Below are positions 29,407 to 39,534 of a stretch of DNA of 64,000 nucleotides, one piece after another (positions within the stretch are counted from its first letter, which is position 1; each line of letters starts with the position of its first letter). The position numbers and the translations under genes are program-made. Under the pieces are notes generated by a model, which saw only the letters and a list, made by a program, of their open reading frames with translations, ran no database searches and had not been told where the DNA came from. This DNA comes from an uncultured Chloroflexia bacterium (GTDB taxonomy: Bacteria; Chloroflexota; Limnocylindria; Limnocylindrales; CSP1-4): NCBI GenBank assembly GCA_963707215.1, contig CAVPPB010000003.1:992001-1056000 (forward strand), read 5' to 3'.

Positions 29407-30788
29407 ATGACCGAGGACCGCACCGCATCGCTCGACGCGCTGGTGGCCGAGCGCCTGCCGATCTGGACCGCCGAGCTCGTCCAGTTCTGCCGCTTCAGCT
29501 CCGAGGAGGACGACCGCGACGCCCTGCTCGGCGCCGCCGACTGGACGGCCGAGCGGCTGCGAGCGCTCGGCGCCGAGGTCGAGGTCCTGGAGCTCGACGG
29601 CGCCCCGCCACTGGTCGTGGGCGAGATCGGCGACGGGCCGGTGCTGAGCTGCGTCCAGCACTACGACGTCCAGCCGGCCGCCCCGCTCGACCTGTGGACG
29701 ACGCCGCCCTATGAGCCCGACGTCCGCGACGGCCGGCTCTTCGCACGCGGCGCGACCGACAACAAGGGCGAGCTGCTGCCGCGGATCTGGGCCGCGAGGC
29801 GTACCTCGAGGCGGTCGGTCCCCTGCCCTGCCGGATCCGCTTCCTCGTCGAGGGCGAGGAGGAGTCGGGCTCGGGCCACCTCGATGCCCTGCTGGACCTG
29901 CGGCCGCACCTGCGCAGGGCGGACGGCGCGCTCATCGAGGGTGGTGGGCTCGACCTGGACGGGCGGCCCTACGTCATCGGTGGCGGGCGGGGCATGGTCA
30001 GCCTCGAGCTCGTCGCCGCGGACGATCGCCCACGATGCCCACTCGAGCCTGGCGATGGTGCTGCCGAACGCGGCGGTGCGGATGACCCAGGCGCTGGCGA
30101 CCATGTGGGACGCCGACGGCCTGCCGGCGATCGAGGGCCTCGACGCGGGCGCCCTGGAGCCCACCGAGGCCGCAGCTGGCGCTCGTCGACGCGACCCCGG
30201 TCTCGACGCTCGAGGACCTCCGCCGCGAGTTCGAGGTCGCGCGGTTCCTCGGCGGGCGCGACGGGATCGAGGCGCTCCGGGCGATGACCTTCGAGACGAC
30301 GCTCAACGTCCAGGGCCTCTGGTCCGGCTACACGGGCCCGGGCGACAACACGATCGTGCCGGCCGAGGCCCACGCCCGGATCGACATCCGGTTGGTGCCG
30401 GACCAGGAGCCCGACGTCGTGGAGGCCGCGGTCCGTGCGCCACCTCGACCGACACGGCTTCGCGGACGTCGAGGTCGCCGACCTCGATCGACGGTTCGCT
30501 ACCGGGCCTACTGGACGCCGCCCGACCATCCGATCCTGGATGCGGCCGCCCTCGTCTCCGAGACGGTCGACCGGCCAGCCGGCCATCCGGGCGTCGCGAT
30601 GTCGGGCACCGTGCCGATGTGGCAGGTCTGCGGCCGCGACGACGTGCCCGCAGACGAGCCTCGGCGCCGGCCGTGACGACTGCCGGGCCCACGCTCCCGA
30701 CGAGAACATCCGCCTCGAGGACCTGGCGACGGCCACCCGCATCACGGCTCGCTTCCTCGACGTGTTCGCGGCCCTGCCTCGAGACTGA
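29407..30788 (+). CDS. M20/M25/M40 family metallohydrolase (several apparent frameshifts)
   Basis: HYDVQP, LFARGATDNKG, EGEEESGS, DAHS, AHAPDENI across frames. Confidence 0.85.
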
Positions 30789-30817
30789 GGGCGCGAGGGG
30801 GCGGCGATCGCGGCCCG

Positions 30818-31186
30818 TCAGTCGGTCGTGGTGCCCTGGTGGAAGCGCATCCGCCAGCGGTCGTCACGGCGGACCCAGATCGAAGACCGATGCGCCCGAC
30901 TCCCGGTGCCGTCCGCCCAGGTCGTCGTGGTGACGTAAGTGACGAGGGCCACGTCCTCTGCCAGCCGGTCCAGCGCGAAGCCGTCCAGCTCGGTCTGCCA
31001 GTCCGCCGGTCCGGCCAGCAGGTCCGCGACCGACCGGGCATCCCAACGGCTCCCACTCGCGCCGAACTCGAGGAACACGCCGTCGATCAGGCCCATGAGG
31101 CCACCCTCGAGACCGGTCGGGTCGCGCCGCGCGAGGGCGATCTCGTACCGATGCAGCTCGTCGAGAAGCGCCGCGTCGTCGCTCAC
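30818..31186 (-). CDS. DUF4440 / NTF2-like protein
   Basis: FLEFGASG and RSSIWVR...WRMRFHQGT; the GTG overlaps the upstream stop. Confidence 0.82.
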   Translation of the reverse strand: MSDDAALLDELHRYEIALARRDPTGLEGGLMGLIDGVFLEFGASGSRWDARSVADLLAGPADWQTELDGFALDRLAEDVALVTYVTTTTWADGTGSRAHRSSIWVRRDDRWRMRFHQGTTTD

Positions 31187-32301
31187 GACGGGCGGTCCAG
31201 GAACGCCTCGAGGCGGGCGAGCGCCTCGGGCAGGTCGGTCCGGCCGAGACCGATCCTGAAGTGGTCGCCTCCGAAGCCGAAGGCCGAGGCCGGCAGGAGC
31301 AGCACGCCCTCGGTCTCGACGAGCTCGGCGGCGAAGCGGTCGATGGAGCCGCCACGGAGCAGCCGCGGGAAGCCGACCGAGCCCGCCCGCGGGCGGACCC
31401 AGGCGAACGTGTCGGCGCGCTCGGCGAAGAGCCGGCCGATCCGCTCGAGGTTCTCGGCCACGAGCGCGCGCGAACGGGCGAGGACCGTGTCGCGGGCTCG
31501 CAGCCCGGCCACGGCCAGGATCTCCGACGGCGCCGCCGAGCAGATGGTCGTGTAGTCCTTGAGGGCGGCACAGCGCTCCAGCAGCGCCCGGTCCTTCGAG
31601 GCCAGCCAGCCGATCCGCAGCCCTGCCATGGCGAACGACTTGGACATCACCCCGATCGAGATGCCGTTCGACGCGACGTCCACGCCGGCCGGGAGCCGGT
31701 CGGCGTCCTCGTGCTCGAGGAAGCGATAGACCTCGTCGGCGACGAGGATGATCCCGGCCTCGTCGCAGAGCGCGGCCAGCTCGGCCCACTCCTCGCGGCT
31801 CGGCAGCATCCCCGTCGGGTTGTGCGGCGCGTTGACCACGACGGCCTTCGTGTTCGGGTGGATGGAGCGCCGCAGCCGTTCCACGTCCAGCGCCCAGCCG
31901 TCCTCCTCGCGGAGAGCGTGGAGGCCGACCGTCGCCCCGGCCGCCCGGGCTACCTCGTAGAGCGACTGGTAGCCGGGCCAGGTGACCAGGACGTGATCGC
32001 CCGGCCCCACGGCCACGCTGAGCAGGCAGAAGATCGCCTCCTCGGCGCCGGCGAAGACGAGGACGTCGTCCGGCTCGACCGTCTCGTAGAGCCCGGCGAT
32101 CTCGCCTCGGAGCAGCGGATGGCCGATGGATTCGGTGTAGCCGAGGCGCAGCCCCTCCCACAGCTCCCTTGTCTCGTCGTCCATGAGCCCGACCAGCTCG
32201 GCCATCGACCAGCCCTCCACGTCCGAGGCGCAGAGGACGTGCCGGACGGCGAACTCCCAGCGGGCGAAGTAGCGCTCCAGCGCGAAATCGGTTATCCGCA
32301 T
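31183..32301 (-). CDS. PLP-dependent aminotransferase class I/II
   Basis: FALERYFARWEF, NAPHNPTG, ADEVY, MSKSFAMAGLRIGW, FRIGLG. Confidence 0.9.
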   Translation of the reverse strand: MRITDFALERYFARWEFAVRHVLCASDVEGWSMAELVGLMDDETRELWEGLRLGYTESIGHPLLRGEIAGLYETVEPDDVLVFAGAEEAIFCLLSVAVGPGDHVLVTWPGYQSLYEVARAAGATVGLHALREEDGWALDVERLRRSIHPNTKAVVVNAPHNPTGMLPSREEWAELAALCDEAGIILVADEVYRFLEHEDADRLPAGVDVASNGISIGVMSKSFAMAGLRIGWLASKDRALLERCAALKDYTTICSAAPSEILAVAGLRARDTVLARSRALVAENLERIGRLFAERADTFAWVRPRAGSVGFPRLLRGGSIDRFAAELVETEGVLLLPASAFGFGGDHFRIGLGRTDLPEALARLEAFLDRPS

Positions 32302-32532
32302 GCGGGCATGGTGCCACGCGCGCCAAGACCGGCGGGGCCGGCATCCGCGGCCTGCGATCGGTCCGGCAGCAGCCTGCGGCCGGGCCGCCCGAACCTTCCG
32401 TTCGGGTCGCGGGCACCGTGGTGGTCGGGCCGTTCCTCCCTCGACCTCGAGCCTCTCTGGGCCCACCCTCATCCGGTGCGCAGTGCGCCCGGTTCGGTCG
32501 CTCGGCGACTGCCCCGCGCGCCGGAGGCGAGC

Positions 32533-33528
32533 ATGACGAAGGTGATCGAGGCCACCGGCCTCACCAAGTGGTACGGCAAGCGCCGAGGCATCCTCGACGT
32601 CGACTTCCACGTCGTCGAGGGCGAGGTCTTCGGGTTCCTGGGGCCCAACGGCGCGGGCAAGACGACGACGATCCGGCTGCTGCTTGGACTGCTCCAGCCG
32701 AGCTCGGGTGGCTCGACGCTGTTCGGGGTCGATGCCTGGACCGACGCGCCCGAGGCCCACCGCAAGGTCTCGTATCTCGGCAGCGACCCGGGCTATCTCG
32801 GCGAGCTCTCGGCCGGGTCCCAGCTCGACTACCTGGCGACCCTGCGGGGCGTCCCGAAGGGCAGCTGGAAGCCTATCGCAGAGCGGCTCGAGCTCGACCC
32901 CTCGGTGCCGGTGAAGAAGCTGTCCCGCGGCAACCGCCAGAAGATCGGGGTGGTCCAGGCCTTCATGGGCCACGAGCCGCTCATCGTCCTCGACGAGCCC
33001 ACCAGCGGCCTGGACCCGCTGATGCAGCGGATCTTCCTGGCCCTCCTGGCCGAGGCCCGGGCCGACGGCCGGACGATCTTCCTCTCGTCGCACAACCTGC
33101 CCGAGGTCGAGCGCAGCTGCGACCGGGTCGGCATCATCCGCGAGGGCCGGCTGATCGAGATCTCGACGGTCCAGGCGCTGCTGTCCGAGCACTGGCGCTC
33201 GGTCAACCTTGTCCTCGGCGAGATGCCGCCGCCCGGGACGTTCGACCTGCCCGGCGTCCAGGTGGCCAGCGCCTCGGCCCGCGACGTCCACCTCATGGTC
33301 CAGGGCGACGTGAACCCGCTCCTGCGGGTGCTCGCCCGGCTGGCCGTGCGCGACATCTCGATCACGACTCCCGAGATCGAGGACATCTTCCTGCGCTACT
33401 ACGACGGGACCGAAGCGACGCCGTTCGGCGACCACCCGGGTACCCTGCCGGCCGATGGGGGCGCGAGCGGAGGCGTCGAGCCGACCGCCGAGCCCGCCGA
33501 CCGCGTCCCCGAGGAGGCCGTCCGATGA
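32533..33528 (+). CDS. ABC exporter ATP-binding protein
   Basis: GPNGAGKTT, LSRGNRQK, VLDEPTSGLDP, SSH; GGAGG before the ATG. Confidence 0.92.
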   Translation: MTKVIEATGLTKWYGKRRGILDVDFHVVEGEVFGFLGPNGAGKTTTIRLLLGLLQPSSGGSTLFGVDAWTDAPEAHRKVSYLGSDPGYLGELSAGSQLDYLATLRGVPKGSWKPIAERLELDPSVPVKKLSRGNRQKIGVVQAFMGHEPLIVLDEPTSGLDPLMQRIFLALLAEARADGRTIFLSSHNLPEVERSCDRVGIIREGRLIEISTVQALLSEHWRSVNLVLGEMPPPGTFDLPGVQVASASARDVHLMVQGDVNPLLRVLARLAVRDISITTPEIEDIFLRYYDGTEATPFGDHPGTLPADGGASGGVEPTAEPADRVPEEAVR

Positions 33529-34328
33529 CGCTCGCCACCTTCCGCCTCGAGCTCCGCCGCGACAGGATGCTGACGTTCTGGCTCGGCGTCATCGCCTTCG
33601 CCTACGCCGGCACGATGGCGGCGTTCTACCCGCTGATGAAGGACAACACCGCCCTCATCGACGAGTACCTCGACCTCATGCCCGAGGAGTTCCTCGTCGC
33701 CTTCGGGATGACGGGCAGCCTGGCCGACCCGGGCATCTTCTTCACGACCTACGTCGGGAGCTACGTCTGGCCGATCGTCGCCGCCCTGGCCGGGATCCTG
33801 CTGGCGACCCGACCGGTCGCCGCCGACAGCGACCGGGGCTTCCTCGATCTGCCGCTCTCGACACCGATGCCGCGGGTCCGCTACCTCTCGGTCTCGATCG
33901 TCGGGCAGGTGCTCGTCATGGTCGCGCTGGCGGTCGCGATGATGATCGGGGTCGTCGTCGTCGGGGTCATCGTGGATGCCGGGCTCGACGGCGGCCGGAT
34001 GCTCCTCGTCGTGCCATCGGCCGTCGTCTTCGGCTGCGCCATCGCCGGGATCGCGACCCTGCTGTCCGTGGTGACGCTGTCCCGGGGCATCGCCGGCGGG
34101 CTGACCGCGGGGATCGTCATCGGGATGTACCTGCTCAACGTCGTCGCCCAGCTCCAGCCCGACCTCGAGTGGCTCGCTCAGCTGTCGCTGTTCCACTACT
34201 TCGACACGACGGCGATCATCGACGAGGGGGTCATCCCCTGGGTCGACATCACGGTCCACTCGGTCGTCGCAGTGGTGACCTGGGCGCTGGCGCTGGCGCT
34301 CTTCCGGCGGCGAGACCTCGCCGCGTAG
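33525..34328 (+). CDS. ABC-2 type permease
   Basis: About six TM segments, DRGFLDLPLSTP, C-terminal FRRRDL. Confidence 0.88.
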   Translation: MTLATFRLELRRDRMLTFWLGVIAFAYAGTMAAFYPLMKDNTALIDEYLDLMPEEFLVAFGMTGSLADPGIFFTTYVGSYVWPIVAALAGILLATRPVAADSDRGFLDLPLSTPMPRVRYLSVSIVGQVLVMVALAVAMMIGVVVVGVIVDAGLDGGRMLLVVPSAVVFGCAIAGIATLLSVVTLSRGIAGGLTAGIVIGMYLLNVVAQLQPDLEWLAQLSLFHYFDTTAIIDEGVIPWVDITVHSVVAVVTWALALALFRRRDLAA

Positions 34329-34615
34329 ACGACAGCGGCCCGGATCGTCGACGGCGGCGCCCGGCGACGAGGCGACGGTGCCGATGGTCGCGGCCCGCAC
34401 GGTCGAGGCGGTGGCGGACCTGGCCGAGGCCGCCTGGGCTGAGGGGCGCCCGTCATGTCCCGAGGGCGAGACCTCCTTGACGATCCCGGTCGTCCGCGTC
34501 GGGGCATCGGGACGGACGGCTCTCGACGAGTGCACGTGGCCGACGTAGTCTCGGCCCGGGCCGGGCACCCGCGTATCCCCGGGCGCCTCCCTCCTCCGAC
34601 AAGGGAAGGAGACCG

Positions 34616-35074
34616 GTGGTGAGACTGTACGGGCACAGGGAGACCGCCCCCCGCAGCACCGCCGAGGGTCGTCCGAGGCCCTATGTCCGTCCGGGTGCAT
34701 TCCTGAGCAAGGTCCTGAACCCGATCACGGTCGCCCTCGGCCGGAAGACCGTCCTCCTCGTGCGGGGGCGAAGGAGCGGGAAGGTCCTCAAGGTGCCGAT
34801 GGACCCGCCGTTCGAGTGGAACGGGGTCCGCTACTTCGTGTCGCCCCGCGGCGAGACGCACTGGGCACGGAACCTGCGTGCGGCCGGCGAGGCGGACCTG
34901 CGCACTGGTCGCGGTCTCGAGCATGTGCGGGTGGTCGAGCTCCAGGGCGCGGAGCGCGACGCGGTCGTGAAGACCTACGCGTCCACGATCACCTGCAACT
35001 GCCGGAGCTCCATGGAGCTGCTGCCCGACCCAGCCGACCACCCGGTCTTCCGGATCGAGCCGACAGCCACCTGA
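34616..35074 (+). CDS. Deazaflavin (F420)-dependent nitroreductase family protein
   Basis: LLVRGRRSGK, VSPRGETHWARNLRAAG, HPVFRI. Confidence 0.8.
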   Translation: MVRLYGHRETAPRSTAEGRPRPYVRPGAFLSKVLNPITVALGRKTVLLVRGRRSGKVLKVPMDPPFEWNGVRYFVSPRGETHWARNLRAAGEADLRTGRGLEHVRVVELQGAERDAVVKTYASTITCNCRSSMELLPDPADHPVFRIEPTAT

Positions 35075-35076
35075 TC

Positions 35077-35880
35077 CTAGTCCCCGCCCAGGCCCGCCAG
35101 TGCCGGGTCGATCCCGAAGACCTCCCGGAGTCTCCGCGACGAGAGGACGTCGGCCGGCGGCCCGTCTGCGACGACCGCTCCTCCGTCCAGCAGCACGACC
35201 CGGGGGAAGAAGCGGGCCGCCAGGTGGAGGTCGTGGATGACGGTGATCACGGTCGTGCCGTCACGCTCGTTGAGGTCGGCCAGGAGCTCCATCGCCTCGA
35301 CCCGGTGGCGGAGGTCCAGGTGGACGGTCGGCTCGTCGAGCAGCAGCACCGGCGCCTGCTGGGCGACCGCCATGGCGATCAGGACGAGCTGGCGCTCGCC
35401 GAGCGAGAGCTCCCGGGCGTCCCGTCCCACCAGGCCCACGACGCCGACCCGCTCGATGGCCGCCGCGACGGCGATCCGGTCCGCCGGCCGCGGACCGCGG
35501 AAGGGATCCTCGTGCGGGAGCCGACCCAGGGCCACGACGTCCTCGACGCTCGCCGAGAACGGCAGGGTCGCCAGCTGGGGGACGACGGCCAGGCGGCGGG
35601 CGATCTCCCGCCGCTCCAGGGCGACGATCGGGTCGCCCCCGAGTCGGGCCGCTCCGGACCTCGGGGCCAGGGTGCCGGCGATGACCCGGAGGAGCGTCGA
35701 CTTGCCGGCGCCGTTCGGGCCGACCAGGGCGAGGCGCTCGCCGGCCGACACCGCCAGGTCGACGCCCGCGATGACCTCGCGGGCCCGGTAGGCCACCCGG
35801 ACAGCGGCCAGCTCGACGGCAAGCTCGGCCGCCGGCGGAGCGATGGCCGGTGCCGCGCCCGGCCGCGGCTCGGCGATCAC
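35077..35880 (-). CDS. btuD: Cobalamin ABC transporter ATP-binding protein
   Basis: GPNGAGKST, LSLGERQ, LLLDEPTVHLD, IHDLHLA; lies in a cobalamin-riboswitch operon. Confidence 0.85.
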   Translation of the reverse strand: MIAEPRPGAAPAIAPPAAELAVELAAVRVAYRAREVIAGVDLAVSAGERLALVGPNGAGKSTLLRVIAGTLAPRSGAARLGGDPIVALERREIARRLAVVPQLATLPFSASVEDVVALGRLPHEDPFRGPRPADRIAVAAAIERVGVVGLVGRDARELSLGERQLVLIAMAVAQQAPVLLLDEPTVHLDLRHRVEAMELLADLNERDGTTVITVIHDLHLAARFFPRVVLLDGGAVVADGPPADVLSSRRLREVFGIDPALAGLGGD

Positions 35881-36959
35881 AGCTCGTACCCCGTCCGGGC
35901 CCGCCGCAGGAGGACCAGGAAGAACGGGGCCCCGATGACCGCGGTCACGACCCCGACCGGGATCTCGCCGAGGACCCGGGCCACCAGGTCCGCGTAGACC
36001 ATCAGGGCGGCGCCGATGAGCGCCGAGAGCGGCAGGACGAGGCGGGCGTTCGGCCCGACGACCAGACGGACGACGTGCGGCACGACGAGCCCGACGAAGC
36101 CGATCAGCCCCGACACGGCGACAGCCGCCGCGGTCACCAGCGCAGCGAGAGCCAGCAGGATGACCCGCTCCCGCCCCACGTCGACACCGAGGTGGGCGGC
36201 CGGCTCCTCGCCGAGCAGCAGCCCGTTGAGCGTCCGCGCCCGGAGCAGGATCAGGACCGTCCCGACCAGGATCAGCGGCGCGGCGGCCGCCAGCCGGGTC
36301 CACGAGCTGGCGTCGAAGCCGCCGAGGAGGTAGCTGAAGATCTGGCGCAGGCCGGCTCCGCTCAGGTACATCGCCATGGCCAGCCCCGCCGCCAGGAGCG
36401 AGCCGACGGCGTAGCCGGTCAGGAGGAGCCCGGTCAGGGGTGCCAGGGAGCTGGTCCGGGCAAGGGTGTAGACGGTCCAGACGGCCGCCAGCGCCCCGAC
36501 GAAGGCGAGCCCGTGGAGGAGCCCGAACTCGAGGACGAAGATCCGGACCGGCAGGAGGACCGCGATCGCCGCCCCGAGCGCAGCGCCCGACGCGGTGCCC
36601 AGGACGTACGGGTCGGCCAGCGGGTTCCGGAGCAGGCCCTGGAAGGTGGCCCCGGCGACGGCGAGGCCCAGACCGACGACCATCGCGGTGAGGACCCGCG
36701 GCAGGCGGAGCTCCATGACGATCGTCTCGGTCGCTTCCGTCCAGGCGACACCGAGGTCGAGACCGAGCATACGCTGGACGAGGATGGCGACGGTCTCGCC
36801 GGGCGCCACGGCGACCGACCCGACGGCCACCCCCAGGACGAGGGCGAGGAGCAGTGCCGCGATCCCGCCGGCGGCGAGGGCGGCAGGGCGCGAGCGGAGC
36901 CATGCCAGCCGGCCGGGCTGGAGCCCGGCCGCCAGGACGACCTCGCTGCGCGCCGCCAT
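35877..36959 (-). CDS. btuC: Cobalamin ABC transporter permease (FecCD family)
   Basis: LRLPR, FQGLLRNPLADPYVLG, GLIGFVGLVVPH, EIPVGV, GAPFF. Confidence 0.88.
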   Translation of the reverse strand: MAARSEVVLAAGLQPGRLAWLRSRPAALAAGGIAALLLALVLGVAVGSVAVAPGETVAILVQRMLGLDLGVAWTEATETIVMELRLPRVLTAMVVGLGLAVAGATFQGLLRNPLADPYVLGTASGAALGAAIAVLLPVRIFVLEFGLLHGLAFVGALAAVWTVYTLARTSSLAPLTGLLLTGYAVGSLLAAGLAMAMYLSGAGLRQIFSYLLGGFDASSWTRLAAAAPLILVGTVLILLRARTLNGLLLGEEPAAHLGVDVGRERVILLALAALVTAAAVAVSGLIGFVGLVVPHVVRLVVGPNARLVLPLSALIGAALMVYADLVARVLGEIPVGVVTAVIGAPFFLVLLRRARTGYEL

Positions 36960-36961
36960 GG

Positions 36962-38005
36962 TCAGCGGACCGCCGTCACGGCTGCCGAGGCGATCTCAGG
37001 GTGGATCGCCAGGGCCAGCGCCCGGAGGCCCTCGGTCAGGCGAGGACCGGGCCGGGTGACGATGACGTCGTCGACGGGCCGGACCGCACCGGTCTTGACG
37101 GCTGTCATGACGTCCCAGCCCGGCCTCGCCGCCACCTGGTCGGCCGTGACCCCGTAGGCGGCATCGCCGAGCAGGATGACCTCGGGATCCTCGTCCACGA
37201 GGCGCTCGATCGGGATCTCGAAGACGGTCGGGCTGCCCGTGGTGATGGGATCGCCGCCGGCGAGCACGATCATCTCCTCGAGGAACGAGTCGTCAGCCGG
37301 GCCGTAGATGGCGCTCGTCGCGTCGAGCTCGTAGAAGACCCGCGGGGCCTCGAGGCCCTCCACCGACCGCTCGACCGCCTCGATGTCGGCGCGCATCCCG
37401 GCAGTGAGCTCGGCCGCTGCCACGGGGAGACCCACGGCACGCCCGATAAGCTCGATGTCGGTCAGGACGGTCTCGACGTCGGGTGCGTAGACGACGAGGA
37501 CCGGGATGCCGAGCGTCCTGAGTCGGGCAAGGGCCTCGGGGTCGTTGAAGAAGTTCCCGCCGGCGATGACGAGGTCGGCCTCCAGGCCGACGATCCCCTC
37601 GACGTCGACCGAGGTGAAGCTGGCCACGTCGGGCAGGTCGACCGCCTCGGGCGGGTAGTCGTCGAAGTCGGTCGTCGCGACGACCCGGTCGCCGGCGCCG
37701 ATGGCGAACAGGATCTCGGTCGTGGCCGGGGTCAGCGAGACGATGCGCTGCGGCTCGGCCGCCAGCTCGACCGTGTTGCCCTCGTCGTCGACCAGGCTGA
37801 CCGGGAAGGCCGGCGAGGGCGACGGCTCGACGCTGGGGGCCGTCGAGGGGAGCGGCGAGGCCTCGCTCGACGGGGTGGGCGTCGCCGCCGTGCCGCTGCA
37901 GGCGGCAAGGACGAGGGCGCCCGCGATGGCCATCCCGGCCAGCGGGATCGCTGCGGCGCGCCGGATGGCGCGCAGCCGCGGTGAAGGATCGAAGGGGGTG
38001 TCCAC
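36962..38005 (-). CDS. btuF: Cobalamin-binding lipoprotein
   Basis: LAAC lipobox, PQRIVSLTPATTEILFAIGAG, DYPPEA, RPGPRL. Confidence 0.88.
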   Translation of the reverse strand: MDTPFDPSPRLRAIRRAAAIPLAGMAIAGALVLAACSGTAATPTPSSEASPLPSTAPSVEPSPSPAFPVSLVDDEGNTVELAAEPQRIVSLTPATTEILFAIGAGDRVVATTDFDDYPPEAVDLPDVASFTSVDVEGIVGLEADLVIAGGNFFNDPEALARLRTLGIPVLVVYAPDVETVLTDIELIGRAVGLPVAAAELTAGMRADIEAVERSVEGLEAPRVFYELDATSAIYGPADDSFLEEMIVLAGGDPITTGSPTVFEIPIERLVDEDPEVILLGDAAYGVTADQVAARPGWDVMTAVKTGAVRPVDDVIVTRPGPRLTEGLRALALAIHPEIASAAVTAVR

Positions 38006-38139
38006 GGATACCTCGGGCGATGCATGGGGGTGCCCGCCGGCTCATCCGGGGGATCGACGCCGGCGCTCGATCGCGTGGACGCCTCAGCCGGTCGGTCGCA
38101 TCGCTTGCCTGCCCCTCTCTCTCGAAGGTTCGAGCAACG

Positions 38140-38250
38140 TCCGCGGGGCCGGCGACCGGACTTCCGCTCGTCTCTGACGGGCGGTCACCGTAGCGGGACT
38201 GTGCCGGACTTGCACCGGCTTCGCGACCCTGCGGCGCCTGTTCGATTGAC
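38140..38250 (-). ncRNA. Cobalamin riboswitch (compact variant)
   Basis: Minus strand GAAGCCGGTGCAAGTCCGGCACAGTCCCGCTACGGTGA ... GAAGTCCGGTCGCC matches the P4/P5 and B12-box pattern; -10 TACGCT at 38257-38262; upstream of btuFCD. Confidence 0.85.
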
Positions 38251-38409
38251 CGGGCGAGCGTACCACGCGCCCCTCGCGGCCGGAGGGTCGGACGGCCCAC
38301 CGGAGGGGGCCGAAGGACCGGGTACGCGGCCGATAAGGACCCCCGAGCACCATCGCCGCCTCGCCCTCCTCCCGCCCGATCCCCATCCCGCCGGAGGAGG
38401 TCCAGTCAG

Positions 38410-39534
38410 ATGTCGTCGAGAGGCGTGGTGCTCCCAGGGCCGATGCTGCTGTTGGCGCTGATCCTGCTGATCGCCGCCGCCGGGGTGCTGCTGGCCGGCC
38501 TGTCGGTCACCCGCAGCCGGGCGCTCACCGCCGAGCCGTCCGGCCCCGGCGTCGACCGGATCGCGTGCGGGCCCGGCGGGCCGGCCACCGACGGCGTCCG
38601 CTGGTGGAGGTCGGTCCCGGTCGTCACCGCGCTGGGCGGGCTCGATGGCTGGGCGCTCCGGCTGGGAGCGCAGGGAGAAGCCGTCTCGACGCTCCGACTG
38701 CCGGCCGAGAGCACCGTCGACGGGCCGGTCCGTGGCGTCGTGGCCGTCGCCGCCGATGACGGCCTGGCCTCGACCGTCCGGCTCGTCGACCGGATGCGCT
38801 GCGGGCGGTCGGTGGTCCGGCTCGACGAGGTGGTCCGGGCGATCGCCCTCGACCCGCAGGCCGCCCGGCTGGCGGTGCATCTCGTCGATCGGACGACCCG
38901 GGCGGACCTGGGCGTCAGGGTCGTCGACGCCGACTCCTGGGCGACGCTGGCCCGAATCGCGCCACCGCCTTCGACCGAGCTGGCCGGGGCCGGCGTCGGG
39001 CGGACCTGGCGGACGCTCCTGCAGTGGGATCGGTCCGGCGAGCGACTGGTCGTCCAGTCATGCGGGCCGCGCGGCTGCCTGACCCGGATCGTCACCGCCG
39101 CCGACGGTCGGGTGGTGGGCGGGGTCGCGTCGACCGCCGACGTCGTGGACCTCGACAGCGATCGCCTCGTGGCCTGGGGGCGCTGCTCGGCGGTCCCCTG
39201 TCCCCTGCTCGCGGTCGACATCGGGACCGGTCGGACGACCGTCCTCGAGTCCGACGCGGTCGCGGCGCGATCAGTCGGTCCGGGCATGGTCGCGGTCGAG
39301 ACCGCCGGCGGGCCGGGCCGCATCCGGGTCCACGACCGTGGGTCCAGAACGGTGACCGACCGCACGCCTGACGACCGCCGCTCCACGTCCCTGCTCCCGG
39401 GTCCCGCCCGGAGCGACGCCGGCGTCGAGCTGCCAGCCGGCTGGATCCCGCTCGTCGCTGCCGGGTCGGATCCCGGCCTCGCCCTCCGCATCGCCGACGG
39501 CTCGCTGGCCCGCCTCGAGGAGGTGACCCAGTGA
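38410..39534 (+). CDS. Hypothetical membrane-anchored/secreted protein (beta-rich, paired Cys)
   Basis: GGAGGAGG SD, N-terminal hydrophobic helix, SCGPRGC and RCSAVPCP motifs. Confidence 0.72.
   Translation: MSSRGVVLPGPMLLLALILLIAAAGVLLAGLSVTRSRALTAEPSGPGVDRIACGPGGPATDGVRWWRSVPVVTALGGLDGWALRLGAQGEAVSTLRLPAESTVDGPVRGVVAVAADDGLASTVRLVDRMRCGRSVVRLDEVVRAIALDPQAARLAVHLVDRTTRADLGVRVVDADSWATLARIAPPPSTELAGAGVGRTWRTLLQWDRSGERLVVQSCGPRGCLTRIVTAADGRVVGGVASTADVVDLDSDRLVAWGRCSAVPCPLLAVDIGTGRTTVLESDAVAARSVGPGMVAVETAGGPGRIRVHDRGSRTVTDRTPDDRRSTSLLPGPARSDAGVELPAGWIPLVAAGSDPGLALRIADGSLARLEEVTQ

Noticed and set aside
31183-33528. Apparent 750-aa and 755-aa overlapping antiparallel ORFs
   Set aside because: Each is a real gene (aminotransferase from 32301; ABC ATPase from 32533) extended by the stop-free antisense frame of the other; the true starts have a -10 box or an SD.
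38120-38137. Similar 'tgctcgaacct..tcgag' string near both riboswitches (also ~51908-51925)
   Set aside because: Opposite orientation relative to the two transcripts, short and partly palindromic; likely coincidence.
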